Source of the DNA: Eledone cirrhosa
Lineage: Eukaryota
Reading direction: 5' to 3'
DNA: 64,000 nucleotides
NCBI GenBank assembly: GCA_964016885.1
Contig: OZ024740.1
Location: 140,802,001 to 140,866,000, forward strand
Under the pieces are notes generated by a model that saw only the letters and a program-made list of their open reading frames with translations, made no database searches and was not told where the DNA came from. Positions 1 to 13,695 of the stretch are shown here, piece by piece. Position 1 is the first letter of the stretch; each line of letters begins with the position of its first letter. The position numbers and the translations under genes were made by a program.

Positions 1-38
1 ATATATATACATATATATATACATATATATATATATAC

Positions 39-72
<34 letters not shown>

Positions 73-137
73 GTATATACATATACATATATATATATAC
101 ATATATATATACACATATATATATATACATATATATA

Positions 138-209
<72 letters not shown>

Positions 210-210
210 C

Positions 211-263
<53 letters not shown>

Positions 264-336
264 CATATATATATACATATATATATACATATATATATAC
301 ATATATATATACATATATATATACATATATATATAC

Positions 337-369
<33 letters not shown>

Positions 370-510
370 CATATATATATACATATATATATACATATAT
401 ATATACATATATATATATATATACATATATATATACATATATATATACATATATATATACATATATATATATACATATATATACATATATATATATACAT
501 ATATATATAC

Positions 511-541
<31 letters not shown>

Positions 542-542
542 G

Positions 543-613
<71 letters not shown>

Positions 614-656
614 CATATACATATATATATACATATATATATACATATATATATAC

Positions 657-723
<67 letters not shown>

Positions 724-760
724 CATATACATATATATATACATATATATATACATATAC

Positions 761-793
<33 letters not shown>

Positions 794-880
794 CATATAT
801 ATATATACATATATATATATACATATACATATATATATACATATATATATATATACATATATATATACATATATATACAT
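1..880. repeat. (TA)n/(TACA) compound microsatellite
   Basis: Almost pure alternating purine-pyrimidine ATAT/ATAC; the YI-repeat ORFs derive from it. Confidence 0.98.
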
Positions 881-1275
881 ATGGTGGCTGCCAACTCGTT
901 TTCGAGTACGGCCACTACTTTATATCCATGTAGGAGAACCCCTACCGATGCGCTGAATGAGTTTTAGTCCAGCCAGCGACTTGAAAACTCTGGTACAAAC
1001 ACTACACTTGTGACAATTATTGACACATAGTGCTGGGCCATGTGACGACAAGTGCAGAGAGATCTCCAGATATAAAGCAATGCCTGTGCCATGAAGCTTT
1101 TATAGTGAGCAAAGGCACTGCACAAAGCCAGTCCCACTCTCTTAACCAAGATGATATTTACCAAAAAGAAGAACAAGTCAACATCATTGGATACCATCAG
1201 GGTTGCAGGTGTTATATCAGAGTTTTCCTTCTCCTAGAATTCTGCCTTGACAAAGGCTAAGGGGTCATCTCTCCC
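881..1275 (-). mobile_element. Non-autonomous retroposon, probably RTE-derived (5'UTR-like plus 3' end), inserted in a TA microsatellite
   Basis: Both ends are homologous to 14303-14605 (GATGGCTGCC..CTCGTT.TCGAGTA.GGCCA and CTAGAA...GCC.TGACAAAGGCTA.GGGTC...CTCCC). The minus strand has TCTAGGAGAAGGAAAACTCTGA, a motif I recognise from RTE 5' UTRs. Confidence 0.55.
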
Positions 1276-1509
1276 ATATACATATACATATATATACATA
1301 TACATATATATACATATACATACATATACATATATATATACATATACATATATATATACATATATATATATACATATATATATACATATATATATATACA
1401 TATATATATATACATATATATATATACATATATATATATACATATATATATACATATATATATATACATATATATATACATATATATATATATACATATA
1501 TACATATAC

Positions 1510-1558
<49 letters not shown>

Positions 1559-2289
1559 CATATATATATATACATATATATATATATACACATATATATA
1601 TATACATATATATATATACATACATATATACATATATACACATATATATATACATATATACACATATATATATATATATATATACACATATATATATATA
1701 CGTATATATATATACATATATATACATATATATACATATACATATATATACATATACATATATATACATATATATACATATACATATATATACATATATA
1801 TACATATATATACATATACATATATATACATATATATACAAATACATATATATACATATATATACATATACATATATATATACATATACATATATATACA
1901 TATACATATATATACATATACATACATATACATATATATACATATACATATATATACATATACATACATATACATATATATACATATACATATATATACA
2001 TATATATACATATACATATACATATATATATACATATATATACATATACATATATATACATATACATATATACATATATATACATATATATACATATACA
2101 TATATATATACATATACATATATATACATATACATATATATATACATATACATATATATACATATACATATATATACATATACATATATATACATATACA
2201 TATATATACATATACATATATATACATATACATATACATACATATACATATACATATATATACATATATATACATATATGTACATATAC

Positions 2290-2320
<31 letters not shown>

Positions 2321-2830
2321 CATATATATACATACATATACATACATATATATATACATATATATACATACATATACATATACATATATATACATATACA
2401 TATATATACATATACATATATATACATATATATACATATACATATATATACATATATATACATATACATATATATACATATACATATACATACATATACA
2501 TATACATATATATACATATATATACATATATGTACATATACATATATATACATATACATATATATATATATATACATATATATACATACATATACATATA
2601 TATATATATACATATATATACATACATATACATACATATATATATACATATATATACATACATATACATATACATATATATACATATATATACATATATA
2701 TACATATATATATATACATACATATACATATACATATATATACATATATATATATATATACATATATATGTACATACATATACATATACATACATATACA
2801 TATATATATACATATATATACATATACATA
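1276..2830. repeat. (TA)n/(TACA) compound microsatellite
   Basis: ATAC/ATAT units; rare TATGTAC variants recur at ~2277 and ~2530. Confidence 0.98.
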
Positions 2831-3025
2831 ATATCCAGTTCTGCGTTTACAGATTGACTTTGTTAGTTTCAGAAGATCCCGTTAAGGGTGAAAGCAGCGA
2901 TTCTTTGCTTAAACTTTAATCTGTTATTTTAATAAATATTTGCTCTACGGTTCTTATATATTTGATATATATTTTCCTTATCGAGCCCTCTTTGGATTTT
3001 AGTCTTCAATTTTATTATTATTACT
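2831..3025 (+). mobile_element. Penelope-like terminal (pLTR) fragment with hammerhead-like motif
   Basis: Close reverse-complement match to 14755-14950; contains the hammerhead-like fold at 2865-2915 and ends in an (ATT)n tail. Confidence 0.6.
2865..2915 (+). ncRNA. Type I hammerhead-like motif with variant core (CAGAAGA)
   Basis: AGTTT-CAGAAGA-TCCC gttaa GGGT-GAAA-GCA..TGC-TT-AAACT; stems I, II and III pair. Confidence 0.5.
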
Positions 3026-4186
<1,161 letters not shown>

Positions 4187-4773
4187 CAATTAAGTTAAAG
4201 ATGTATAAGCGTCAGTCATACAAAAGTGAGTTACAAATGAAACGAAATTTAATTTCGTTTCGTTATTTGTTTTTATCGTTTGTTTTTATCGTCTCCGTTG
4301 AACCGGTACTTACTCACACTCTATGCAAATTAGTATGCCCACTACTAATTTTCATAGAAAAAGCATATAACGATATGTGCTTTTACGATTCTCTAGAGAG
4401 GCCGGAAGATAGGTAAATATTGCTGATGAGTTGTAACAACAACGAAACTAGTTCAATATTCCTTGTCTGGCTTTCTGGAGAATAGAGGAAAGGTGTTTCC
4501 TCAAAAACCAGTATGACTCTAAAAACCGGTTTGTCTGTGTGTTTACATACAGAATAGCTGGCCACTCACAGTAAAGTGACCAGTGAAAAAACTTGGTACA
4601 TCTACATATGTATACGTGTGTGTATTCATATACATACTAGTATTTCAGTATACATATATGGATGTACATCTTTAACTTAATTGTTTAAGCGTCAGTCATA
4701 CATAAGCGTCAGTCATACAAAAGTGAGTTACAAATGAAACGAAATTTAATTTCGTTTCGTTATTTGTTTTTAT
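4187..4773 (+). mobile_element. Hammerhead-containing structured non-coding element (retrozyme/Penelope pLTR-like), about 1.15 units of a ~497-bp monomer
   Basis: Direct repeat 4206-4276 = 4703-4773; 19-bp inverted repeat 4187-4205/4665-4683; central hammerhead; at least 5 hairpins. Confidence 0.75.
4416..4460 (+). ncRNA. Minimal type I hammerhead ribozyme
   Basis: AATATTG-CTGATGA-GTTG taacaa CAAC-GAAA-CTAG-TT^CAATATT: full consensus core, 7-bp stem I, 4-bp stem II, palindromic short stem III (AACTAGTT). Confidence 0.88.
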
Positions 4774-5515
<742 letters not shown>

Positions 5516-6269
5516 GTTGTTATATTTTATTAGAAATAGAATTAAAGGAAATACAATATAGAATAACAATAATGATGATGATGATGTCAACAATAACAAC
5601 AACAGAAGCAACAGCGATGGCGATGATGATGATAATAAAAACAGTGGTTTACATAAATCTATATTTGAGTGTTTTGAGGCAATACAAAATTAAATATTTA
5701 CTGCATTTGAATAAAAACAGGCAACATTTGGTTGTTGGTTTTGTTCATATTATTTACTTTGAAGTTAGAAGAAAAAAAAACAAATATATAAATCCCAAAC
5801 AAAATTATTTTATCAATTATCGTTAGTTAAAAAAATAATACTTTAGTGATTGATATTTGGTTTATTCATTTATTGCAATTCAAATTAATGCATACATTAT
5901 CAGGGAAAATGGTCTTAAAACACTTGTCTATATAAATATCATGATGTAATGTAGGCGTTATATGCTGGGAATATATCCTAGTCTTCCCTTCACTAAATCT
6001 ATCTTCCTGTGAACAGGAAAGCGCGTCTGTTGCACTGCTAGTCCAAGGCAATGAATTGGCAGAATTGTTAGAGAATTGGAAGACATTCTTTGCATTGTCC
6101 GTCCTGCATACCAAGTTCAAATTCTATCCTTGTCCAACCTGTACTAGGCCAGTTTGGATAGGCAGGCATAAAACCAACATAGTTGCTGAGACTTCATCAA
6201 GCAGTGGATTAGAAACATGGGTAGAAATACCAAAAAGGGCCAAAAATATATAGTGTATGCTATAAATAC

Positions 6270-6420
6270 TTTAAGTGGCAAATTAGCAAAGAATAAAATG
6301 CCTTATTGTACTTTTCCCAGCTTTCTGAGCTCTGAGTTTAAATCAAGCCTAAGTCAACTTTGTCTTTCATCCTTTTAGGGGAGTAAATAGTTAATTATCA
6401 ATCCAATACTGGGGTTGATT
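6270..6420 (+). mobile_element. Degraded tRNA-derived SINE (Meta-domain-like)
   Basis: GAGTTTAAATC...GTCAACTTTGTCTTTCATCCTTTTAGGGG matches the better copy at 44597-44785. Confidence 0.6.
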
Positions 6421-6494
6421 CTTCTGTTTCTCCTGGTGTTTGTTTTTCTTGAAGAAATTAACAGTAGTTAGAAATGGAGGAGGATGAACTTTAC

Positions 6495-6740
6495 CAGGGT
6501 TAGAAACCAAAGACACAATACCATGATGGCACCTCTAGCACCATGTCCAGCACTTGGGTATTTGGCAGAAAATATCTTCCATGGTTTATTTATCAATTGC
6601 AGGAAATTATTATATATTGTAAGTTAATTATACAAATTTGTATAAAACTGTTATCCATTAAGGTTGAGTAATGCACCTCTCTGAAGTCTGTGCTCTTGGT
6701 AGCATTCTAGTTGGCCTTAATGGCAGCATTGGCCCTGTTT
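6495..6740 (-). mobile_element. Old non-autonomous DNA transposon (hAT-like MITE fragment)
   Basis: Reverse complement begins CAGGGCC and is homologous to 27580-27740. Confidence 0.5.
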
Positions 6741-6819
6741 ACTGCAACATTTGTGTTCCCAAGGCAATATAACACAAGTATATAATACTATCAAGAAATA
6801 AAACAAAAGTGGTTGTAAT

Positions 6820-6864
<45 letters not shown>

Positions 6865-6919
6865 GTGTGTGCGTGTGTGTATCATGACCCACCACCGATG
6901 AAATTGCTTTGATTACTTT

Positions 6920-8045
6920 GTTGTTGTTGTTTAGTCCCAGATCAGTCATGTTTGAGCAAACCTATGATGCTATGTTTAAAGATTTATCAGCTTTGATCAT
7001 CCTGTCTTTTATTCAGACACTGCCTAACTTGGGCTATATAATTCACTGTATTCTTTTTAAAAAGACTATAGAGCTATGATTCTCAACTTGGGCTCTGCAG
7101 ATCCTTAGGGGTCAACAAAAGGCAAAATATGTGAATTAGGTTTAAAATTTCAAGTACTTTGTTAAAACCATAGTATAGATACATACTACTGAGTACTCCT
7201 TCTTCTCTAAGTATGAACAGTTCTCCCTGTCAATTGTTATTTTTTTAATTTTATTTATGTTAAACTCTGCCAGTTGCAGACTGCACATCAACACGAGATA
7301 TTTTTCACCACAAAGTTCAATCACCAGCAACAGAGTTTAAAGAGCAAAGATCAAGTCCAGTCCATAAGTTGACATTATCAAGCCATCGTTTTAGCTGCCG
7401 GCCTCTGCTTCTCTTACCAGCCAACCTTCCTTCCAGGCATAACCTACTCACACCACAAGTTGATCTTTTTATATAATTGTATAGTTTGAGTATTCTTGAC
7501 TTGACAATTGATGTAATTGGTCTAAGTTTGGTAATGTTGAGCAGCTCACTGATACAGATATGGTTGCCGAGCTGCTTGCCAGTCAAGTTTCATAATGTGG
7601 TTGTGAATGTAGAGAGCTTCTGAAAAGACCTTGTCGTCCAAATAACAAAGTCAAGACCATATAACACAACTGGTAGGATGTAAGTATCGAAGATCTTAGC
7701 TTTCAAATAGTAGGAAATGGAGTTTGTATATCTCGGTCACAAACTATCATCAAACAACAATGGAATGGTTACTGCGCAGTATTGCATCGCTCTAGGTTGG
7801 GCAGCTTTCAACAAGAACAAGGAGGTACTAACACCAAAACAAGTTTCCTATCAATTGTTATTATCCCCATATAATGATCTATGGGGGAAGGTTATTACAG
7901 TAGGGGCGATGGGCATCAGTGGGAACATTAATTTAATTAAAAGAGATCCTTGGTAGGTAAAATGTTGAGAACCACTGCCGCAGGGTAGAATTTGTAAATT
8001 TGGCTGCTATTTCTAACAGGTCAAATGACTATGAAAAGGCTTTTA
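6920..8045 (+). mobile_element. Nested insertion: interspersed repeat split by a hAT-like MITE (~7080-7978), itself interrupted by an RTE fragment
   Basis: Outer halves match 39645-39950 and 27105-27578; MITE ends TTCTCAAC... / ...GTTGAGAACCACTG. Confidence 0.55.
7242..7850 (-). mobile_element. 5'-inverted, truncated RTE-clade LINE with 16-bp TSD
   Basis: Minus strand: KAKIFDTYILPVVLYG...GKRSRGRQLKRWLDNV. Plus strand 7717-7850: EFVYLG...ALGWAAFNK, the immediately upstream RT segment. TSD CCT(G/A)TCAATTGTTATT at 7226-7241/7847-7862. Confidence 0.8.
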
Positions 8046-8434
8046 TACTGATTATATAAGTTTTTATTGTTGTTGTTACTATTCATATTGTGGGCTGTCC
8101 TTAGTTTTCTTCTTTTTTTTTGCCATTTTTTCTTCCAAGATGACAATTGAAAGAGAATTCGAAACAGAAATGACAATCAAAAGATACTTCTGTCTGTAGC
8201 CTTCTTTGTCAGAACATGGTAATTTCCCAAGATGGCTCTCTATAATTTTAAAGAAATGAAGGTGTAGCGTAAAGTGTCTAAGAGCAACACCTGTGCAACA
8301 TTTGCTTACATAAAAGAGAAATAATGAAGTACATATATGTACATAAGATATAGAGTAAGAGTTTGTCTCGCTACATACATATATATCATCATCATACCAT
8401 TTAACGTTTATTTTCCATGCTTGCATGGGTTATA

Positions 8435-8465
<31 letters not shown>

Positions 8466-8576
8466 CTCTCTCTATATATATATATACATACACACACATA
8501 CACAACATGCACACATATTTATGTATCTTTCTCTTTCTCTATAAATATATATATATATATATACATACACAACATG

Positions 8577-8607
<31 letters not shown>

Positions 8608-8680
8608 CTTTTTCTCTCTCTCTCTCTCTCTCTATCTATATATATATGTACACACACACTCACACATGCACATTCACATG
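8435..8680. repeat. Compound (GT)/(TA)/(CA)/(CT) microsatellite
   Basis: Visible dinucleotide runs. Confidence 0.9.
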
Positions 8681-8859
8681 AATAGTTGTAAATAAGTGTA
8701 CATGTACGAAAGGAAGATAGTTAATTACTACAGAAGAAAAGCAACTATACTTTAACAGCTGGTTGTAAGGAAATGAAACAAAAATAGCACCAGTGTATTT
8801 AGAATGTATCTCATGTTGGTATTTCCATTATACCATAATTCTTATGAAATTCCTCATCT

Positions 8860-9080
8860 TCCTCCACCTTGTCATCATCATTATAATTATCATCATCAAC
8901 CATCATTATTCTCCACTTCCTCCTCCTCACCTTCACAACACCAGCACCACCTCCTCCTCATTATCATCATCACCACTATCACCAACACCATCACCATCAT
9001 CATCATCACCACTATCACCATCATCATCTTTCTTATCAGCATTATCTTCATCATCGTTATTGTCATCTACTCTTCATTCA
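8860..9080. repeat. Degenerate (CAT/CAC)n low-complexity tract
   Basis: Trinucleotide periodicity. Confidence 0.85.
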
Positions 9081-9599
9081 TGTTAGTTATTTCTACCACC
9101 AACCCTCTCTGTAGCAGCCTGTTGAGATTTTAGGGTTTTATAGGTCAGCAGCATTATATCTTTAACTGGGATGTTTGTAAATTCTCTTATAAATCCACAA
9201 CCACTTATATATACACAATACACTCCCAAAGCAAAGTGTGCACTTAGTGTATAGATAAACCACATTCACATCATGTAAGTACGACATCATATCATTATAC
9301 AAACTGGCTGTTCATCATAATTCATCAATGTTTATGCCTGCCCATATTCTTACTAAGAAATTCAAAACTTCCTATCACTCAACAGTTAAAAAAAAATATT
9401 ATAATGGTTAGCATGGTAAAATGGTATATTGCAGATGTGGGTTTGAGTCCCATGGGTGGTGCTGTACAAATATTTTCCATGTCCAACTTAAACTATTTTT
9501 CATAGTCAAACAACGTTGATGCTTCTAACTTTCCAATTCAAAACTTCTTCCTATCACTCAATGGTTCCAAAAATAGATTGTTTACATATATATATTTTT

Positions 9600-9773
9600 T
9601 CTTTTCTGCTACTGCTTATTCCTCTATCTTTCTATTTCTTCTTTAATGTCTTATTTTCTTTTCTGATGAATGACTAGCATCTGAAACGTTAAGACTCTTT
9701 TCCTACTATATCAAGTGTAAAAGTAATATATTTCTTCTTTGTACTGTGTCACTTGCTTTGTTATTTCTGTTTG

Positions 9774-9776
<3 letters not shown>
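9600..9776 (+). mobile_element. Penelope-like terminal fragment with degenerate hammerhead
   Basis: CTGATGA-atgactagcatct-GAAACGTT-AAGA at 9663-9694; downstream ACTCTTTTCCTACTAT is shared with 20106-20160 (minus). Confidence 0.55.
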
Positions 9777-9835
<59 letters not shown>

Positions 9836-9839
<4 letters not shown>

Positions 9840-10741
9840 CTAGCTAAGACAAAAGTGTTGATGAGTAGAAAAGAGGACAAAACCCTGATTCCGTCAGGGA
9901 AATGGCCATGTTCGATATGCAGAAAAGGAACTGGCATAAATTCTATAAAATGCACACAATGCAGGTCCTGGGTACACAAGAGATGTAGCGGGATAGCAGG
10001 CAAACTAACAGGTAGGGAGAAATATGTATGCAGTAGATGTACAGGGAAATTAGACAGTAGAAGTCGCACTGATAGACACATTTTTCAAATGCGAGAGGGC
10101 GCTATAGAAGTGGTGGATAACTTCCGGTACCTAGGAGATCAGATTAGCATGGGAGGAGGGTGTTCCGAGGCCATAGTATCTAGAATAAGGACGTGTTGGA
10201 AGAAGTTTAGGGAGCTGCTTCCTCTGTTGACGAAGAAGGGTTTCTCCCTGCGTACGAAAGGCCGGTTGTATGATGCCTGTGTGAGGAGCGCGATGCTGCA
10301 TGGTAGTGAGACATGGGCAGCAACCGCAGAAGATATGCGACGGCTGGAGAGAAATGAGGCAAGCATGCTCCGTTGGATGTGCAGTGTAAATGTGCGTGAA
10401 CGACCCAGCATAAATGTGTTGAGAGAGAAACTGTGTCTGAGAGGGATAGAATGTAGTGTACGGGAGAGGAGACTGAGGTGGTATGGACATGTGATGCGCA
10501 TGCAGGATGACCGATAGGTGAAGAAGTGCCAGGAAATGCCAGTTGAAGGAAGACGTGGTAGAGGTAGACCACGAAAAACATGGGCGGAGGTGGTGAGAAC
10601 AGACCTCAGATCATTGAAGCTCACGGTGGAGATGACGAGGGACTGTGACGAGTGGAGAGATGCTGTGCTGAATAAGACCCGTCCCACCCTTGCAAGCAGG
10701 GAAAAGCGGACGTAAAATGATGATGATGATGATGATGATGA
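9836..10741 (+). pseudogene. 5'-truncated RTE-clade LINE ORF2 C-terminus with (GAT)n tail
   Basis: INLAKTKV..WPCSIC..FRYLG..MLHGSETW..RRLRWYGHV..RGRGRPRKTW; in-frame stop at 10515-10517; starts in (TA)n. Confidence 0.93.
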
Positions 10742-10964
10742 TATATCAGGATAGAACCAGTTTAAAAGTAGCCTATAAAGAGCCAGGGCCCAATAGCTGA
10801 GCTTGTGCCATTTCAACAGTTAGTCTTGAACTAGCTGTTGAAACAGCAAGAGCTTAGTCGTCAGGCCCCATCTCTTTATAATATTTGTGTGTGTGTGTAT
10901 CATTTGCTTGACTTACAAAGAATTGGGAAATTTGAAAATACAGTTGCCACAATACAGATAACTA

Positions 10965-11150
10965 TAATAATTGTTTCTACTTTTGGTACAAAGCCAGGAA
11001 TTATCCCAGTGCATTACTGGTACTTTATTTTATCGACCCCGTAAGGATGAAAGGCAAAGTTAACCTCAACGGGATTTGAACTCAGACCGTAAAGGGATGT
11101 AACTATGCTGGAAAGCATGGCGTCCGACCCTCTACCGATACTGCGAGTTA
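10965..11150 (-). mobile_element. tRNA-derived SINE (Meta-domain-like)
   Basis: Minus strand has a B-box (GAGTTCAAATCC) followed by GTTAACTTTGCCTTTCATCCTTACGGGGTCGATAAAATAAAGTACCAG; many copies in the window. Confidence 0.8.
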
Positions 11151-11159
11151 ACTATAAAC

Positions 11160-11501
11160 AATCATCATCATTTCATTTTTATGTCCACTTTTTCCCTGCT
11201 TGCAAGGATGGGACGGGAACTGATTCTGGCTTGATTTCTATAGCTGGATGCCCTTCCTAACACAAACCTCATTTACAGTGAGTGCTGGGTGCTTTTTTTT
11301 CTGTGGTGCCTACACGACCACTTTGCAGTGGAATGATATGGACCCCAATCCCTATCATCTCATTTCTACAGCTGAGTAAACTGGAGCAATGTGAAATAAA
11401 GTGTCTTGCTCAAGGAAACAACACATCACCCGGTCTGAGATTTGAACTCACAACCTTTCGATTGCAAGGACAATGCTCTAACCACTAAGCCATGTGCCTC
11501 C
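11160..11501 (-). mobile_element. tRNA-head / CORE-like SINE with RTE 3' tail
   Basis: Minus strand: TGGCTTAGTGG A-box, GAGTTCAAATC B-box, TCCTTGAGCAAGACACTT core, then GGAAGGGCATCCAGCT tail and (GAT)n; similar copies at 16107 and 32835. Confidence 0.85.
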
Positions 11502-11814
11502 AATAGTTGAATAAATTAGATAAAGCATCATTGGAGACAGAAAAAAGTGGACAGCTAGAAGTGTAAACAACATTTCATAAGTCTACTAAATATTTGCAAT
11601 TCTAACTACATGCTTACAATTTCTAAAAGAAGATGGTAATTTGCAACCAGGAGTCTTCTGACATAATGGTTGAATCTGCATCTTGCTTACATACGTTCTT
11701 GTACTTTCACTCTCTCTCACTCTCATAATATATATATCATCATCATTTGAACTTAGAAATAAAATGTTACTAAACTAAATTAAACAATAATGGAACTGTT
11801 GTTGGTTTTGGTGA

Positions 11815-12125
11815 TAAGCACCCAATTGTTTGATGAATTGGATGTCTGACTCATGAATTAACATATAAGTGGTTGAGTATTTCACAGACATGTGTACTCT
11901 CAACATAGTTATCAGGTAGAATTAGTGTGATACATTGTGTGTCAAAGCTGGACCTTTAAATTACAGGCACAATGCATCCGACAGGCTTCCACACAGTTTC
12001 CGTCTATCCTATTTCACTCATAAGACTTGGATTGACCCAAGTCAATGGTAAAGATGATGCCTCACATTGTGATTGAATCTGAGACCTCGTGATTGTGAAG
12101 CAAACTTCTTAACCACTCAACCATT
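11815..12125 (-). mobile_element. Older tRNA-derived SINE, degraded
   Basis: Minus-strand head GGTTGAGTGGTTAAGAAGTTTGCTT; body shared with 42860-43170. Confidence 0.6.
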
Positions 12126-12202
12126 CCAACATCCAAGCTAAACAATTTATTGTGTCTGACACACTCAACTCACTCTAGATATCATTATTTTCCCCCGCTT
12201 AC

Positions 12203-12330
12203 TATTAGAATTAGTATTGGTATCTGCAAGACTGATTCATCATTGTCAGATTTGTGTATGATTATATGCTGTGGTGTGATAGTAGTACCATTCATTTTTC
12301 ACTTCCAGAACTGTAACTGTAAGGGACATG
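12203..12330 (-). other. Candidate exon (possible first coding exon, MNGTTITPQHIIIHKSDNDESVLQIPILILI)
   Basis: Non-repetitive island with TTTCCAG acceptor, ATG at 12295 (A at -3) and GTAAGC donor right after 31 codons. Confidence 0.3.
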
Positions 12331-12650
12331 CTGGAAATCAATTGGCTACTGGTGCATTATCATATATAATAACTGGTGCATTATAATATATAATATATAA
12401 TAATATCACTGTGCTGTCAAAAATGATAACTATTTCCTTGTAGTTACAACATTTCAATTTTGCACACAGTTTAAACTCAACTCTTTAATCTCTGCTTTTC
12501 TTTCCATTGCTGTTGAAAAATATCCAAGTTATGAAGAAAAGATTAAAGACAATAATAGAATTTTTCCTTTTATTTTTTTATGTTATCTTTAATTTTTTGT
12601 TTCTGTATTTTTAATACATTAACCCATTTTTAAGTATTTATATGTAACTC

Positions 12651-12852
12651 TTAACATCCTGAACTGCACAAAACTACATTAGCAAAACATTCTTGAAAAG
12701 TACAAAATAGCACTATGAACGTATCATATTAAATACTGAAGACTTTACTCTAATATTGCAAATGTTTACAACAATCTGTTAATTGAAATGTTTATAGTAT
12801 CTTTATTAACAGACAAACCAAATATATCTTCTAAACCATTACAGGATGTCAA
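12651..12852. mobile_element. ~200-bp MITE, TTAA-flanked (piggyBac-like)
   Basis: TTAA-CATCCTG...CAGGATG-TCAA termini; homologous to 48433-48635. Confidence 0.6.
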
Positions 12853-13695
12853 GAGATAAATCTAGGCATTCTTATCATAATTTAATTCAAGACTTTTTCA
12901 TAATATATATTTTCTCATATATATTCCAGATTTTAGAATCAGTGCATGGTATCCCTGTGTGCTGTAAAAGGAAACTAAAATAGGTGGCATCAGGAAGGGC
13001 ATCTGTCCATAAACTGTTCTCTCAAGAAGTTCCATTCAATCCATGCCAGCATGGAAAAGCAGACATAAAAATGCAGTTTGAAAATGGAGAAGTTATTTAT
13101 TTTAGTAAGCTCTTTAGTAAACTCATAAGAAATTAATTGAAACACCCAGACAATGTATTTAATAAGAATTATGGTCATGGAAGTGTTAATCAATATTTAT
13201 TAAGGCAATAAAAAAAGTTGCTTGAAATAATTATGTCACTTGGACAACAAATATAATTATGAGGGACAAATGTTGAAATAGATACCCAGGGAATATTTTT
13301 ATTTTAGACTATTTTTACATAGAGAGGAGCTCTTTAGTTTTGTAGAGGACATTAAAACTTCTCTTGCACTGATCTACAGTAAAATCTACCCAGTATACTC
13401 TATTAAGTGTGTTAGGAAGGGCATGGATTGGACGAGTTATTAGAATTACTTCTCTTGTACATTCGAATGTTGGTATGGTTTCTATGACTGGATGCCCTTC
13501 CTAATTTAAACCACTGAACGAAGTGTATAAGCATAAGTATCCAGGTTTGGGACAAACTTTAACTTTATTTTAAACTAGTGATCTAGGATTACATAATCAA
13601 GTTTGTCCTTATTTTCTAAGATAGAGTATGATTTGAAGGACAATTAACTACTATATCTAACAGTTTGAGTGACCTCTATGAGGTCACTCAAACTG

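Noticed and set aside
8079-8426. 115-aa minus ORF as a gene or downstream exon
   Set aside because: It starts in an RTE tail remnant and has no recognisable domain; joining it to the 12203 donor is speculative
10131-10816. Antisense ORFs over RTE copies (also 16692-17807 and 41021-42121)
   Set aside because: Shadow ORFs of the LINE coding strand
11420-11501. tRNA gene
   Set aside because: The A/B boxes belong to a SINE head; there is no complete cloverleaf
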